Position numbers and translations under genes: made by a program. From assembly GCA_944386955.1 (NCBI GenBank), contig CALXDB010000001.1, forward strand, positions 1 to 59,300: 59,300 bases of DNA, given 5' to 3'. Under the pieces are notes generated by a model that had not been told where the DNA came from, did not search any database, and worked only from the letters and a program-made list of their open reading frames with translations. This DNA is from an uncultured Oscillospiraceae bacterium. Its GTDB lineage: Bacteria > Bacillota > Clostridia > Oscillospirales > Oscillospiraceae. Positions within the stretch are counted from its first letter, which is position 1, and each line of letters starts with the position of its first letter. This document shows, one piece after another, positions 43,206 through 52,500 of this stretch.

Positions 43206-44957
43206 TCACTTCTTGCTGGGCGCAAGAGGCATCTTCCACGCCTCATGGTCGGTATGCAGCAGCTCGTGGGATTTGTGGGACAGGGGCTTCGTAAGATACT
43301 CGCTGTACAGCGCCTGCACCGCGGGATTCTCGTGGGAGAAGCGGAGGTCGTTGACCTTGTCCAGTCCGTAGAGCACCTGGCCCCGGGTCTCCGCCAGCTC
43401 CTGGGCCTCGTGGATGGGCTGACCGCCGCCGCCGGCGCAGCCGCCGGGACAGGCCATGATCTCCACGAAGTCGTACTGGACTTTCCCTGCCCGGAGGGCC
43501 TCGATGAGCCGCCGGGTGTTGCCAAGTCCGCTGGCCACCGCCACCCGCACCGGGGTATCCTGAATGCGGAAGGTGGCCTCCTTCCAGCCGTCCATACCCC
43601 GTACGTCCTCAAAGGCGTCGGCGTCGGGGTTCTCCCCGGTGACCAGGAAGTAGGCGGACCGGAGGGCCGCCTCCATCACGCCGCCGGTGGCGCCGAAGAT
43701 GACGGCAGCGCCGCTGCCCACGCCCAGAGGAGAGTCAAACTCCTCCTCTTTCAGGGCGTGCACGTCGATGTGCTCCGCCCGGATCATCCGGTCGATCTCC
43801 CGGGTGGTGAGCACCAGATCCACATCCGGATCGCCGCAGGCGTCGTTCATCACCGGCAGGGCGCACTCCGCCTTCTTGGCCATACAGGGCATCACGGAGA
43901 TGCAGCGGATCTTGTGGGGGTCCACGCCGATGCGCTCAGCGAAGTAAGACTTGGTCACCGCGCCGAACATCTGCTGGGGGCTCTTGGCGGTGGAGAGATT
44001 CTTCACCATGTCGGGGTACTGGCTCTTGAGAAAGCGCACCCAGCCGGGGCAGCAGGAGGTGAACATAGGCCAGGCGTACTTGCCCGGCTCTCCCAGCCGC
44101 TGGAGGAACTCGCTGCCCTCCTCCATGATGGTGAGGTCAGCGGAGAAATTGGTGTCGAAGATGTACTGGAAGCCCATGCGCCGGAGGGCCGCCACCAGCC
44201 GCTTGACGGTGGCCTCCTCCCGGCTGAGGCCCATGCTCTCGCCCCAGGCCGCCCGCACCGCCGGCGCGATCTGCACCACGGTGGTGAGGCTCTTGTCGTT
44301 GAGGAGAGCGAAGGCCCGCTGGGTGTCGTCCCGGGCCCGGAGAGCGCCCACGGGACAGTGGGTGACGCACTGGCCGCAGAGGGCGCAGTCCGCCTCCCGG
44401 ATATTCCGGCCCAGAGACACGTCCACGGTGGTCCGGGAGCCGGTGTTGGCGATGTCCCAGATGTTGAGGCTCTGGACCTTGTCGCAGACCTGGATGCAGC
44501 GCATGCACTTGATGCACTTGCTGGCGTCCCGGATCATGGGGAAGGTCACATCCCAGTTGGCGGGAGCAGGCTCCTTGTGGTAGTTGAGGTGGCTGAGGCC
44601 CAGGTCATTGGCCAGCTTCTGCAGCTCGCAGTTGCCGCTGCGGACACAGTAGGGGCAGTCGCAGTTGTGCTGGCTGAGGATCAGCTCCACATTCACCCGC
44701 CGGGCCTCCCGGACCCGGGGAGAGTTGGTGTAGACCACCATGCCCTCCCAGACATGGTTGTTGCAGGAGGCCACCAGCTTCTGGATGCCCTCGATCTCCA
44801 CCACGCACACCCGGCAGGCGGCGATCTCATTGAGGTCCTTCAGATAGCAGAGGCTGGGGATGTTGATGCCCACGCTGCGGGCGGCATTGAGGATAGAGGT
44901 GCCCCGAGGCACGGACACCGCCATGCCGTCGATCGTCAGATTGACCATCTTTACCAT
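43206..44957 (-). CDS. hydA: [FeFe] hydrogenase catalytic subunit (HydA, multi-cluster group A type)
   Basis: N-terminal 2Fe-2S domain (LCYLKDLNEIAACRVC). Ferredoxin-like CIKCMRCIQVCD and CALCGQCVTHCP. H-cluster motifs TSCCPGW, MPCMAKKAE and EIMACPGGCAGGGGQP. Confidence 0.9.
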   Translation of the reverse strand: MVKMVNLTIDGMAVSVPRGTSILNAARSVGINIPSLCYLKDLNEIAACRVCVVEIEGIQKLVASCNNHVWEGMVVYTNSPRVREARRVNVELILSQHNCDCPYCVRSGNCELQKLANDLGLSHLNYHKEPAPANWDVTFPMIRDASKCIKCMRCIQVCDKVQSLNIWDIANTGSRTTVDVSLGRNIREADCALCGQCVTHCPVGALRARDDTQRAFALLNDKSLTTVVQIAPAVRAAWGESMGLSREEATVKRLVAALRRMGFQYIFDTNFSADLTIMEEGSEFLQRLGEPGKYAWPMFTSCCPGWVRFLKSQYPDMVKNLSTAKSPQQMFGAVTKSYFAERIGVDPHKIRCISVMPCMAKKAECALPVMNDACGDPDVDLVLTTREIDRMIRAEHIDVHALKEEEFDSPLGVGSGAAVIFGATGGVMEAALRSAYFLVTGENPDADAFEDVRGMDGWKEATFRIQDTPVRVAVASGLGNTRRLIEALRAGKVQYDFVEIMACPGGCAGGGGQPIHEAQELAETRGQVLYGLDKVNDLRFSHENPAVQALYSEYLTKPLSHKSHELLHTDHEAWKMPLAPSKK

Positions 44958-46786
44958 CTCTTCGTCCTCCCTCCCTTAAATACGCCGTAGCCGAAGTGGT
45001 CGCACCGCAGGCACCGCTGGGCCTCCTGCTTGGCCACCTCGTCGGTGAAGCCGCACTCGATGCACTGGAAGTTCTCCTTGCGCTCGAAGGCCTTCTCCAT
45101 GGGCAGCTCGCTGCGGCCGCAGCTGGGCCGCTCGCCGAGATACGCCTTGGGGATCTTCACATCCACCTCGATGCGGTGCTCGAAGCCCAGATACTCGTCA
45201 ATGTTGGCGGCGGCCACCTTGCCCGCCGCAATGGCCTTGATGACGGTGGCGGGGCCGGTGACGCAGTCGCCGCCGGCGAAGATGCCCGCGTTGTTCTCAA
45301 TGCCGCCGCTGGAGAGGGCGGCGATGGTGCCGCGATGGATGGGTACGCCGGCCTCCTCAAAGGCCTTCAGCTCGATACTCTGGCCGATGGCCACGATGAT
45401 CACGTCGGCGGGCACCCGGACCTCCGGTTCCGCGGCCTTCTCCGGCCGGGGACGGCCGGCGCTGTCGATGGAGCCCACCCGCTGGGGCTGGACCCACAGC
45501 GCCACGGCGTTGTCGTTCTCGTCGGCCTCGATGCGGACGGGAGCCATCATGGTGAGGAGCTCCACGCCCTCTGCCATGGCGCCCTCCACCTCTTCAGCGA
45601 GAGCGGTCATATCCTGCTGACGGCGGCGGTAGGCCACGCTGACAGTCTTGGCTCCCAGACGGGCGGCGCTGCGGCAGCAGTCCATGGCCACGTTGCCGCC
45701 GCCGATGACCACCACGTTCTTCCCGGTAAAGTCGGGCATGGTGCCGTCGCCGATGGCCCGCAGCATCTCCACAGCGGAGATAACGCCCCGGGCGTCCTCC
45801 CCTTCAATGCCCACCTTCTTGTCGGTGTGGGCGCCGATGGAGATGTAGATGGCGTCGTAACGGCGGTGGAGCTCCGCCAGGGAGATATCCTTGCCGATGG
45901 TGACGCCCAGATTGACCTCCACCCCGGTGGCCAGGATGGCGTCGATGTCCTTCTGCAGCTCCTCCCGGGGCAGACGGTAGCTGGGGATGCCGTAGCGGAG
46001 CATACCGCCCAGCTGCTTGCGGGATTCAAACACTGTGACCTTGTGGCCCATAAGGGAGAGGTAGAAAGCGGCGGAGAGACCGCTGGGGCCGCCGCCCACA
46101 ATGGCCACGGTCTTGCCGGTGGCTTCGGCGCAGGGGGGCGGGGGCACGATGCCCGCGTGGTCCACCGCGTAGCGCTTGAGGCCGCGGATATTCACCGCGC
46201 CCTCGATCATATTCCGGCGGCAGCGGGACTCGCAGGGGTGCTCGCACACCAGACCGCAGGCCCCGGGGAAGGGGTTGTCCTTGCGGATGAGGCGCACGGC
46301 GTCGGCATAGCGTCCGGCCCCCACCAGAGCCACATAGCCGGGGATGTCCACCCCGGCGGGACACTGGGCCACGCAGGGCACCGGCTGGTCCAGGTTGCAC
46401 AGGCACCGGCCGGTCTTCACATGGGATTCGTAGTCGTCCCGGAAGCCCCGGATGCCCTTGAGGACCATGTTGGCGGCCTCATAGCCGATGGCGCAGTCGG
46501 CGCTGTCGGAGATCACCTGAGCAGTGGTCTCGATGAAGTCCAGGGTCTCCATGGTGGCCCGGCCCTCCAGCACATCGTCGATCAGCAGGGCCAGCTGCCG
46601 CAGCCCCACCCGGCACGGCGTACACTTGCCGCAGGTCTGGGCATGGCACATCTTCAAAAACGCAGCGGCCAGATCCACCGGGCACAATCCCGGAGGGCTG
46701 GCCACGATCCGGTGCTCCAGATCCCGGTACAGGGATTCCACCACGGCCTGGGAGCCGCTGGTGGAATAAAATTCCAATCTGCTCAT
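44951..46786 (-). CDS. iron-sulfur flavoprotein: NuoF-C-terminal-like 4Fe-4S module fused to a GltD/NfnB-like NAD(P)H oxidoreductase
   Basis: CGKCTPCRVG (NuoF-type cluster motif). Cys-rich linker (CVAQCPAGV..., CEHPCESRC). Two Rossmann motifs, VAIVGGGPSGLSAAFYL and VVVIGGGNVAMDCC. Confidence 0.85.
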   Translation of the reverse strand: MSRLEFYSTSGSQAVVESLYRDLEHRIVASPPGLCPVDLAAAFLKMCHAQTCGKCTPCRVGLRQLALLIDDVLEGRATMETLDFIETTAQVISDSADCAIGYEAANMVLKGIRGFRDDYESHVKTGRCLCNLDQPVPCVAQCPAGVDIPGYVALVGAGRYADAVRLIRKDNPFPGACGLVCEHPCESRCRRNMIEGAVNIRGLKRYAVDHAGIVPPPPCAEATGKTVAIVGGGPSGLSAAFYLSLMGHKVTVFESRKQLGGMLRYGIPSYRLPREELQKDIDAILATGVEVNLGVTIGKDISLAELHRRYDAIYISIGAHTDKKVGIEGEDARGVISAVEMLRAIGDGTMPDFTGKNVVVIGGGNVAMDCCRSAARLGAKTVSVAYRRRQQDMTALAEEVEGAMAEGVELLTMMAPVRIEADENDNAVALWVQPQRVGSIDSAGRPRPEKAAEPEVRVPADVIIVAIGQSIELKAFEEAGVPIHRGTIAALSSGGIENNAGIFAGGDCVTGPATVIKAIAAGKVAAANIDEYLGFEHRIEVDVKIPKAYLGERPSCGRSELPMEKAFERKENFQCIECGFTDEVAKQEAQRCLRCDHFGYGVFKGGRTKRW

Positions 46787-46839
46787 AATGACCTCCCATC
46801 GTCACTTCTCATGCTCGCAAGGCCTTGGGGACCTTCTTG

Positions 46840-47210
46840 ACTCTATTGTATAATATTCTCTCTTCATAAATCAATACCATTGTTAAAAACGAGACAAGAA
46901 CCAGCCTCTTGCACAATTCTCTTTCGAATTTTTGGCGAATTATTCACATTTCTGTGCGAAATTCTTTTGATGTTTTGTATTTTTTGCCGATTTTATTTTT
47001 CTTCCTGATAAAAAAGCCAATTTTTGCTCTTACTCCACATTATTTTAGAAAGCGTAATATTCAGTAGTTCGATTAAATATTCATGAATTCTTTTCGCATA
47101 TTGTTTCCGATGCAGTCCACCATCTACAGACAGGTGTCCCCAGAACAACTCTCTTTTCCCTTTTCCCGGTGCAATAATATCCTCATTTGCCTCACCTAAC
47201 GCAGGTTTAT
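46840..47210. other. visibly AT-rich islet in an otherwise GC-rich window
   Basis: Read directly: runs such as ttgtataatattctctcttcataaatcaataccattgttaaaaac and tgttttgtattttttgccgattttatttttcttcctgataaaaaagcc. Contains the palindrome CACATTTCTGTG (46945-46956) and GCGAA(A)TT direct repeats. Confidence 0.5.
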
Positions 47211-47255
47211 GCAAATCGCGGCGGAACCGGCAGCGGGCTCCCCCGCCGGTTGCGG

Positions 47256-47292
47256 AAAAAGCCGCCGCCCCGGGCAAACCCGGAGCGGCGGT
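47256..47292 (-). terminator. rho-independent terminator downstream of the DUF308 gene
   Basis: The minus strand reads ACCGCCGCTCCGGG tttg CCCGGGGCGGCGGC followed by TTTTT. A second hairpin (AACCGGC...GCCGGTT) lies just beyond it. Confidence 0.65.
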
Positions 47293-47304
47293 CTCTCGTT
47301 TTCT

Positions 47305-47835
47305 TCAATTTCTGCGGGTAAAATAGAGGTCCACCAAATCACAGACCCCAGCGGCGGCCAGGCTGATGCCGAAAAACAGCACCACTGTCTTCACTGCTGA
47401 GAAGGGGTTGAAAAACAGCACGCCGCCCAGCAGCAGGGGCACCAGCGCCAGCAGCACGGTGAACCAGGCCATGGGCAGCCCCTCCCGCACCGCCTGCCAG
47501 GCTGCAGGCGCCTTCATCAGTCCCACCAGCAGCAGGAGGCAGCCCAAGGTAAAGGGCAGGAAGGACAGGATGGTCTCTGGAAAGAGAAGACACACCGCCC
47601 CCAGCACAGCCAGCAGCACAGCCACCGTACATTCCCCCCGCAGAAGGATCCCCTCCCGCCGCGCCTTGGAAAAGCGCCAGAAGCCGGCGGCCGCATAGAT
47701 CAGGGCCAGAAGTCCCACCCCCCAGCAGAAGAGCTTGCTGCTCATCTCCGGATAGAGGATCAGCACCGCGCCCACCAGGAGATAAACAATTGCCATGGGC
47801 GGACGGCGGCGGCTCAGTCGATATGAGGAGGACAC
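47305..47835 (-). CDS. DUF308 / HdeD-like membrane protein
   Basis: Six hydrophobic helices with the repeated pattern typical of DUF308 (ILYPEMSS..., LLFPETIL..., FFNPFSAV...). The GTG at 47835 has an AAGGAGG RBS. Confidence 0.6.
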   Translation of the reverse strand: MSSSYRLSRRRPPMAIVYLLVGAVLILYPEMSSKLFCWGVGLLALIYAAAGFWRFSKARREGILLRGECTVAVLLAVLGAVCLLFPETILSFLPFTLGCLLLLVGLMKAPAAWQAVREGLPMAWFTVLLALVPLLLGGVLFFNPFSAVKTVVLFFGISLAAAGVCDLVDLYFTRRN

Positions 47836-47872
47836 GCCTCTCCCCTCCTTTCAAAATGTGCAGAGCGCGGCT

Positions 47873-49198
47873 TCACTCCGTCTTCCAGAAGGCAGCGCTG
47901 TAAGGCGGAAGCTCGCTGCCGCCGCCGAAATCGTGGAGCTTGCCGGTGATGAGGTCTGTGGCCCGGCCCGCCCGGGCGTTGAAGTGGGCGGTATAGGGCT
48001 GGCCGTCGGCATTGATGGCCACCAACACCCGCTCTCCCTCCGCCTGCCGCTCGAAGATGAGCTGGCGGTTGGTCATCACCAGGATATGGAAATTCCCCCG
48101 GCACAGGGCAGGGCTCTGCCGCCGGGCGGCGGCCAGATGGGAAATGAAGTCGGTGAGCGCCGTCTCCTCCGGAGCCTCCAGGGCGGGGCGGAGGGCTGGG
48201 TCGCCGTCGCTCTTTTTCCCCTGGATGCCCCACTCGCTGCCGTAGTACACCGAGGGCACCCCGGGCATGCCGAAGAGGAGTCCCCAGGCAGGGACCAGGT
48301 GCTTGGGGTCCGTCAGCCGGGAGGCGATGCGCTCCACGTCGTGGTTGTCCAGGAAGTTAAAGAGGGGCAGCCCCTTGTAGAGGGTCCACTGCTCCGGGCC
48401 GAACTGGCGCAGAAGGCTATGGCCGATCTCGAAGAGATTCATGGAATTGAAGCTGGACCACAGGCCCTTGTAGCACTCATAGTTGGTAACGCTGTGGCAC
48501 TTGTCGGCGGCGCACCAGCGATTGTAGTCCCCATGAAGGGTTTCTCCCATAAGGACGAAGTCGGGGCGGAGCGTGTCGGTAAACTGGCGCAGACGGCGAA
48601 GGTACTGTTCATCTAAACAGTAAGCCACGTCCAGCCGCAGCCCGTCGATGCCGAACTCGTCCACCCAGCGGCGGATGGCGTCGAACTGATGGGTAATCAC
48701 CGCCTCGTTGTGAAGGTTCAGCTTCACCAGCTCATAATGCCCCTCCCAGCCCTCATACCAGAAGCCGTCGTTGTAGTTGGAATTGCCGTCAAAGCTCAGG
48801 TGGAACCAGTCCTTGTAGGGGCTGTCCCATCGCTTCTCCTGAACGTCGCGGAAAGCCCAGAAGCCCCGCCCCACATGGTTGAAGACTCCGTCCAGCATCA
48901 CCCGGAGGCCCGCCTCGTGGAGGGCGCCGCAGACGGCCTTGAAGTCCTCATTGGTCCCAAGACGGCAGTCCACCTTGGTGTAGTCCCGGGTGTCGTAGCC
49001 ATGGCGGTCACTTTCAAAGAGGGGGTTGAAGAGGACCGTGGTGGCCCCCAGGGCCTTGATATGGTCCACCCAATCGAGGATCCGCCGGATGCGGGGCACG
49101 GTGACGCCGTCGTTGTCCAGGGGAGCGCCGCAGAGTCCCAGGGGATAGATCTGATAGACCACCGCCTCCTCAAACCAGGCGGGACAATTGTGAGACAT
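47873..49198 (-). CDS. glycoside hydrolase family 13 (alpha-amylase superfamily) enzyme, cytoplasmic
   Basis: WFEEAVVYQIYP...LGATTVLFNPLFES..HGYDT.DY...DGVFNHVG...GLRLDVA...GETLHG...FLDNHD are the GH13 conserved regions. There is no signal peptide. Confidence 0.85.
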   Translation of the reverse strand: MSHNCPAWFEEAVVYQIYPLGLCGAPLDNDGVTVPRIRRILDWVDHIKALGATTVLFNPLFESDRHGYDTRDYTKVDCRLGTNEDFKAVCGALHEAGLRVMLDGVFNHVGRGFWAFRDVQEKRWDSPYKDWFHLSFDGNSNYNDGFWYEGWEGHYELVKLNLHNEAVITHQFDAIRRWVDEFGIDGLRLDVAYCLDEQYLRRLRQFTDTLRPDFVLMGETLHGDYNRWCAADKCHSVTNYECYKGLWSSFNSMNLFEIGHSLLRQFGPEQWTLYKGLPLFNFLDNHDVERIASRLTDPKHLVPAWGLLFGMPGVPSVYYGSEWGIQGKKSDGDPALRPALEAPEETALTDFISHLAAARRQSPALCRGNFHILVMTNRQLIFERQAEGERVLVAINADGQPYTAHFNARAGRATDLITGKLHDFGGGSELPPYSAAFWKTE

Positions 49199-49255
49199 AG
49201 GATCATACCTCCGTTTTTAGTGTGTGCGGGGAATGGGAATATGGTGCCGGAAATA

Positions 49256-49936
49256 TCAGGAAAGGGTCGGGTCCTCCGGGGGAAAATAGCTCACCGAGGG
49301 ACGGCCGCCGGTGTCGTAGTTGATGCGGCTGAAGGCCTCCCCGTGCTCCACCAGATAGTTCATATACCGCCGTACCGTCACTGCAGAGAGGCCGGCGGCG
49401 GCGGCCAGGGCGTCGCTGGTACAACCGGCGGCGCCGGTGGAGAGGAGGCAGGCCCGGATGCGCTCCATCGTCTGCTCCTGAAGGCCCTTGGGCAGGGTAT
49501 CCGCCGGCATTTGAGGAGCAAAGAGGGCATCCAGATCCTGTTGGGACACACTGCCCTGGAGACTCTCCCGGTGGAGGCAGAAGGTGTTGAGGGCTTTTTG
49601 CAGCCGCTCCTGGGTAAAGGGCTTCACCAGGTAGTCCACCACTCCCAGCTTCAAAAGGGCGTCCACCGTCCGGGCATCGTTGGCCGCGGTAATCATAATG
49701 ACGTCCACCGACCGCTCCATGGTCCGCAGGCGGCGGAGAAGCTCCGGCCCCGTGAGGCCTGGCATGAACACATCCAGCACCAGAAGATCCGCCGTGTGCT
49801 CCCGAAACCACCGGAGGGCTGCCCGGCCGTCCCGGAACTCCTGGACCACCGTGAAGCGCCGGTCCTTCTCCACAAAACTGCGGTTGAGCAGAGAGATCAT
49901 AGGATCATCCTCGGCGATGACCACCTCATAGCTCAC
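49256..49936 (-). CDS. response regulator, CitB/DcuR family
   Basis: Receiver domain (VVIAEDDPMI...LLVLDVFMPGLTG...ITAAND...DYLVKPF) plus a C-terminal HTH (TSDALAAAAGLSAVTVRRYMNYLVEHG). The GTG start overlaps the kinase stop. Confidence 0.85.
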   Translation of the reverse strand: MSYEVVIAEDDPMISLLNRSFVEKDRRFTVVQEFRDGRAALRWFREHTADLLVLDVFMPGLTGPELLRRLRTMERSVDVIMITAANDARTVDALLKLGVVDYLVKPFTQERLQKALNTFCLHRESLQGSVSQQDLDALFAPQMPADTLPKGLQEQTMERIRACLLSTGAAGCTSDALAAAAGLSAVTVRRYMNYLVEHGEAFSRINYDTGGRPSVSYFPPEDPTLS

Positions 49937-51546
49937 GGTCTCTCCTCCTCTCCCTTTTCTCCGCGGAAGGTAACATAGAACACCGCCCCCACGTCCAGCT
50001 CCGTCTCCACCCGGATCTGGCCGTGGTAGGAGTCCGTCAGCTCCTTCACCAGGCTCAGGCCGGTGCCCCGCTCCTCCCCCTTGGTGGAGAAGCCCTTCTC
50101 AAAGATGTGGGGCATCACCGTGGAGGAGATGCCGGGGCCCGTGTCCTCCACACAGAGGAACAGCCCTTCCGCATCCTCCCGAATGGTAACGGTGATCTCC
50201 TTGAGGGAGCATCCGGAGAGGTTGAGGCTCTCGATGGCATTGTCCACCAAATTGCCCAGAATGGTCACCAGCACCGCGCTGGGAAGAAAGCGGCACTCGG
50301 CAGACAGAGCGCTGCCCGGCTCCAGGATCAGCCGGATGCCCAGCTCCGCCGCCCGGCTGGTCTTACCCACCAGCAGCGCCGCCGTAGTGGGGTCGCCGAT
50401 GCGGTCCATCACCCGGCTCACCGCCTGGTGCTGGGTGTGGGTAATCTCCATGATATACTCCTTGGCCATATCCGTTTTCCCCATCTGAAGCAGGCCGTGG
50501 ATCACATGGAGCTTGTTCATGAACTCGTGGGTATAGGCCCGCATGGCCTCCACCATATGCTGTACGCCGGTGAGGCTCTCCGCCAGGCGGGTCATCTCCG
50601 TCCGGTCCCGGAAGATGGCCACCGCTCCGACCACCTTGCCGTCCTGACAGATGGGCAGGCGGTCCGACAGCACCCGGCCCCCGGGCAGGTCGTTGATGCT
50701 GATGTTGTGCTCCGCCTTCCCCGTGCGCAGCAGGCGCTGGAGGGTGGTGTTCCGGTTCAGCTCCTTGGCGGAATGGCCGATAATGGCCTGGCGGCTCTCA
50801 AGGCCGAAGAGGTGGGCCGCCGCTGCATTGATATAGATGACGCGGCCGCTGCGGTCGATGGCCACGATGCCCTCCTCCAGGCTCTCCAGCACCACCTCCT
50901 GGCGGTGGAAAAGGCGCCGGAAGTCGTCGGGCTCATAACCCATGAGGGTATGCTTGATGCGCCGGGTCATCCGCCGGGACAACAGGATCCCCAACAGGCA
51001 GGCCGCCGCAGCCACCACCAAAAATTGGCCCACTGTACTGCCCACCAGGGCTCGGATACTGCGGGTGTAGATCCCCACAGCCACGAAGCCCACGATGGTC
51101 CCGCTCTCGTCCTCCACCGGGACGAAGGCACACCGCTCTGCCGTCTCCAGCCCCTCAGCTCCCATAACATAACGCTCCCCCTTCAGGGTGTCCTTCCAGG
51201 CGCTGCCCTGGTAAGTCAGGCCGATGTGCTCCTCCTCCGGACTATAGAGGAGCCGGGCCTCCGTATCAGCCACCAGGATCAGATCAATGCCATCCACCGC
51301 GGAGATAGCGGAGTCAAGATAGCTTGTGAGCCAGTCGGCGTCCGTCTCCCCGGTAAGGACCCGGCGGACCTGGGGCAGCTGGGAGAGCACCAGGGCGGAG
51401 TTGGTAAGATTGGTGTCGATGGCCCGGAATTCGATCCGCAGGGTCAGCACCATGGTGCCCACAAAGGCCAGAAGGGCCGTGGTAATAACCAGGATCAGGT
51501 TCATATTGGTCAATTGACTGCGAAGAGATTGATTTCGTTCCTGCAT
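49933..51546 (-). CDS. sensor histidine kinase, DcuS/CitA (SpoOB-type phosphoacceptor) family
   Basis: Two TM helices flank an extracellular sensor domain. Cytoplasmic PAS-like segment. H-box MRAYTHEFMNKLHVIHGLL. ATPase boxes GNLVDNAIES ... DTGPGI ... GTGLSLV. Confidence 0.85.
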   Translation of the reverse strand: MQERNQSLRSQLTNMNLILVITTALLAFVGTMVLTLRIEFRAIDTNLTNSALVLSQLPQVRRVLTGETDADWLTSYLDSAISAVDGIDLILVADTEARLLYSPEEEHIGLTYQGSAWKDTLKGERYVMGAEGLETAERCAFVPVEDESGTIVGFVAVGIYTRSIRALVGSTVGQFLVVAAAACLLGILLSRRMTRRIKHTLMGYEPDDFRRLFHRQEVVLESLEEGIVAIDRSGRVIYINAAAAHLFGLESRQAIIGHSAKELNRNTTLQRLLRTGKAEHNISINDLPGGRVLSDRLPICQDGKVVGAVAIFRDRTEMTRLAESLTGVQHMVEAMRAYTHEFMNKLHVIHGLLQMGKTDMAKEYIMEITHTQHQAVSRVMDRIGDPTTAALLVGKTSRAAELGIRLILEPGSALSAECRFLPSAVLVTILGNLVDNAIESLNLSGCSLKEITVTIREDAEGLFLCVEDTGPGISSTVMPHIFEKGFSTKGEERGTGLSLVKELTDSYHGQIRVETELDVGAVFYVTFRGEKGEEERP

Positions 51547-51760
51547 GGCGCTTCCTCCTTCTTTTTTCCGGCGGCGGGACCTTCCGCTCCATGGATTTAT
51601 ATGTCAAGTATAGCCCGGACTGAAGGGTCCTGTCAATTTTTCTTAACGCCTTTTAACAGATTTATTTTTTTTAGGACGGATATTTTCTTTACTTTGGAAA
51701 GGGTTTCCTTTTTCCGACAAGGCGAGTAAGGTAATCCAGGCAAGTCAGGAGGTGAGATTT

Positions 51761-52459
51761 GTGGAACATATTAAGGAAGAACTGACGGCCCAACTGCAAA
51801 ATCCCACGGCTTTCACCATTCCCATCGGCGACGGGATCCCCGTAGCCCAGTCGGTGCTGGTCAGCTGGATCCTCATGGTGGTGCTCATCGCCGTTATGTT
51901 TGCCCTGACCCGGAATCTGAAGAAGGAGAAGCCGGGAAAGGTGCAGCTGGTGCTGGAGTATTTCGTGGAATTCATGAATGGCTTCTGCGAGAACAATATC
52001 GGCCGGCACGGGAAGGATTTTGCTCCCTGGCTGGGGACGGTGGGACTGTTTATCGGCTTTTGCAACCTCAGCGGGCTGCTGGGTCTGGTGCCTCCCACCA
52101 AGAACCTGAACGTGACATTGGCCCTTGCCCTTACCAGTGTGGTGCTGATCTACGGCGCCTCCTTCCGCTATAACGGTCTGAAGGGCGGCCTGCACAAGTT
52201 TGTGGAGCCCTCCCCCATTATGCTGCCCATCAACATCATGGAGATCGGTATCCGGCCTTTGAGCCTGTGTATGCGGCTGTTCGGCAACGTAATGGCCGCC
52301 TTCGTGGTGATGGAGCTGGTAAAACTGCTGGTGCCCGTGGCGGTGCCCGTGGTATTCAGCCTATACTTCGATATTTTCGACGGACTGATCCAGACTGTCG
52401 TGTTTGTCTTCCTCACGGCCCTGTTCGTGGGAGAATCCCTGGAGGAGGCGGAGGCCTAA
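51761..52459 (+). CDS. atpB: F-type ATP synthase subunit a
   Basis: Polytopic, with the conserved LSLCMRLFGNVMAAFVVMEL (essential Arg region). The GTG at 51761 lies 8 nt after AGGAGG. Confidence 0.9.
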   Translation: MEHIKEELTAQLQNPTAFTIPIGDGIPVAQSVLVSWILMVVLIAVMFALTRNLKKEKPGKVQLVLEYFVEFMNGFCENNIGRHGKDFAPWLGTVGLFIGFCNLSGLLGLVPPTKNLNVTLALALTSVVLIYGASFRYNGLKGGLHKFVEPSPIMLPINIMEIGIRPLSLCMRLFGNVMAAFVVMELVKLLVPVAVPVVFSLYFDIFDGLIQTVVFVFLTALFVGESLEEAEA

Positions 52460-52500
52460 GCCCCTCTTCCCGCTAAAAATTTTTTTGGAGGTTACATACG

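Noticed and set aside
42966-46840. 674-aa and 614-aa plus-strand ORFs opposite the hydrogenase genes.
   Set aside because: They are shadow ORFs. The minus strand carries complete H-cluster and Fe-S motifs.
46993-47277. 94-aa minus-strand ORF as an intact gene.
   Set aside because: The first roughly 35 codons are translated from two terminator hairpins downstream of the DUF308 gene. Only the AT-rich 3' part looks coding. It is treated as a possible remnant in the findings.
48689-51729. Plus-strand ORFs 48689-49978 and 50023-51729.
   Set aside because: They lie antisense to the GH13, response-regulator and kinase genes and have shadow-ORF composition.
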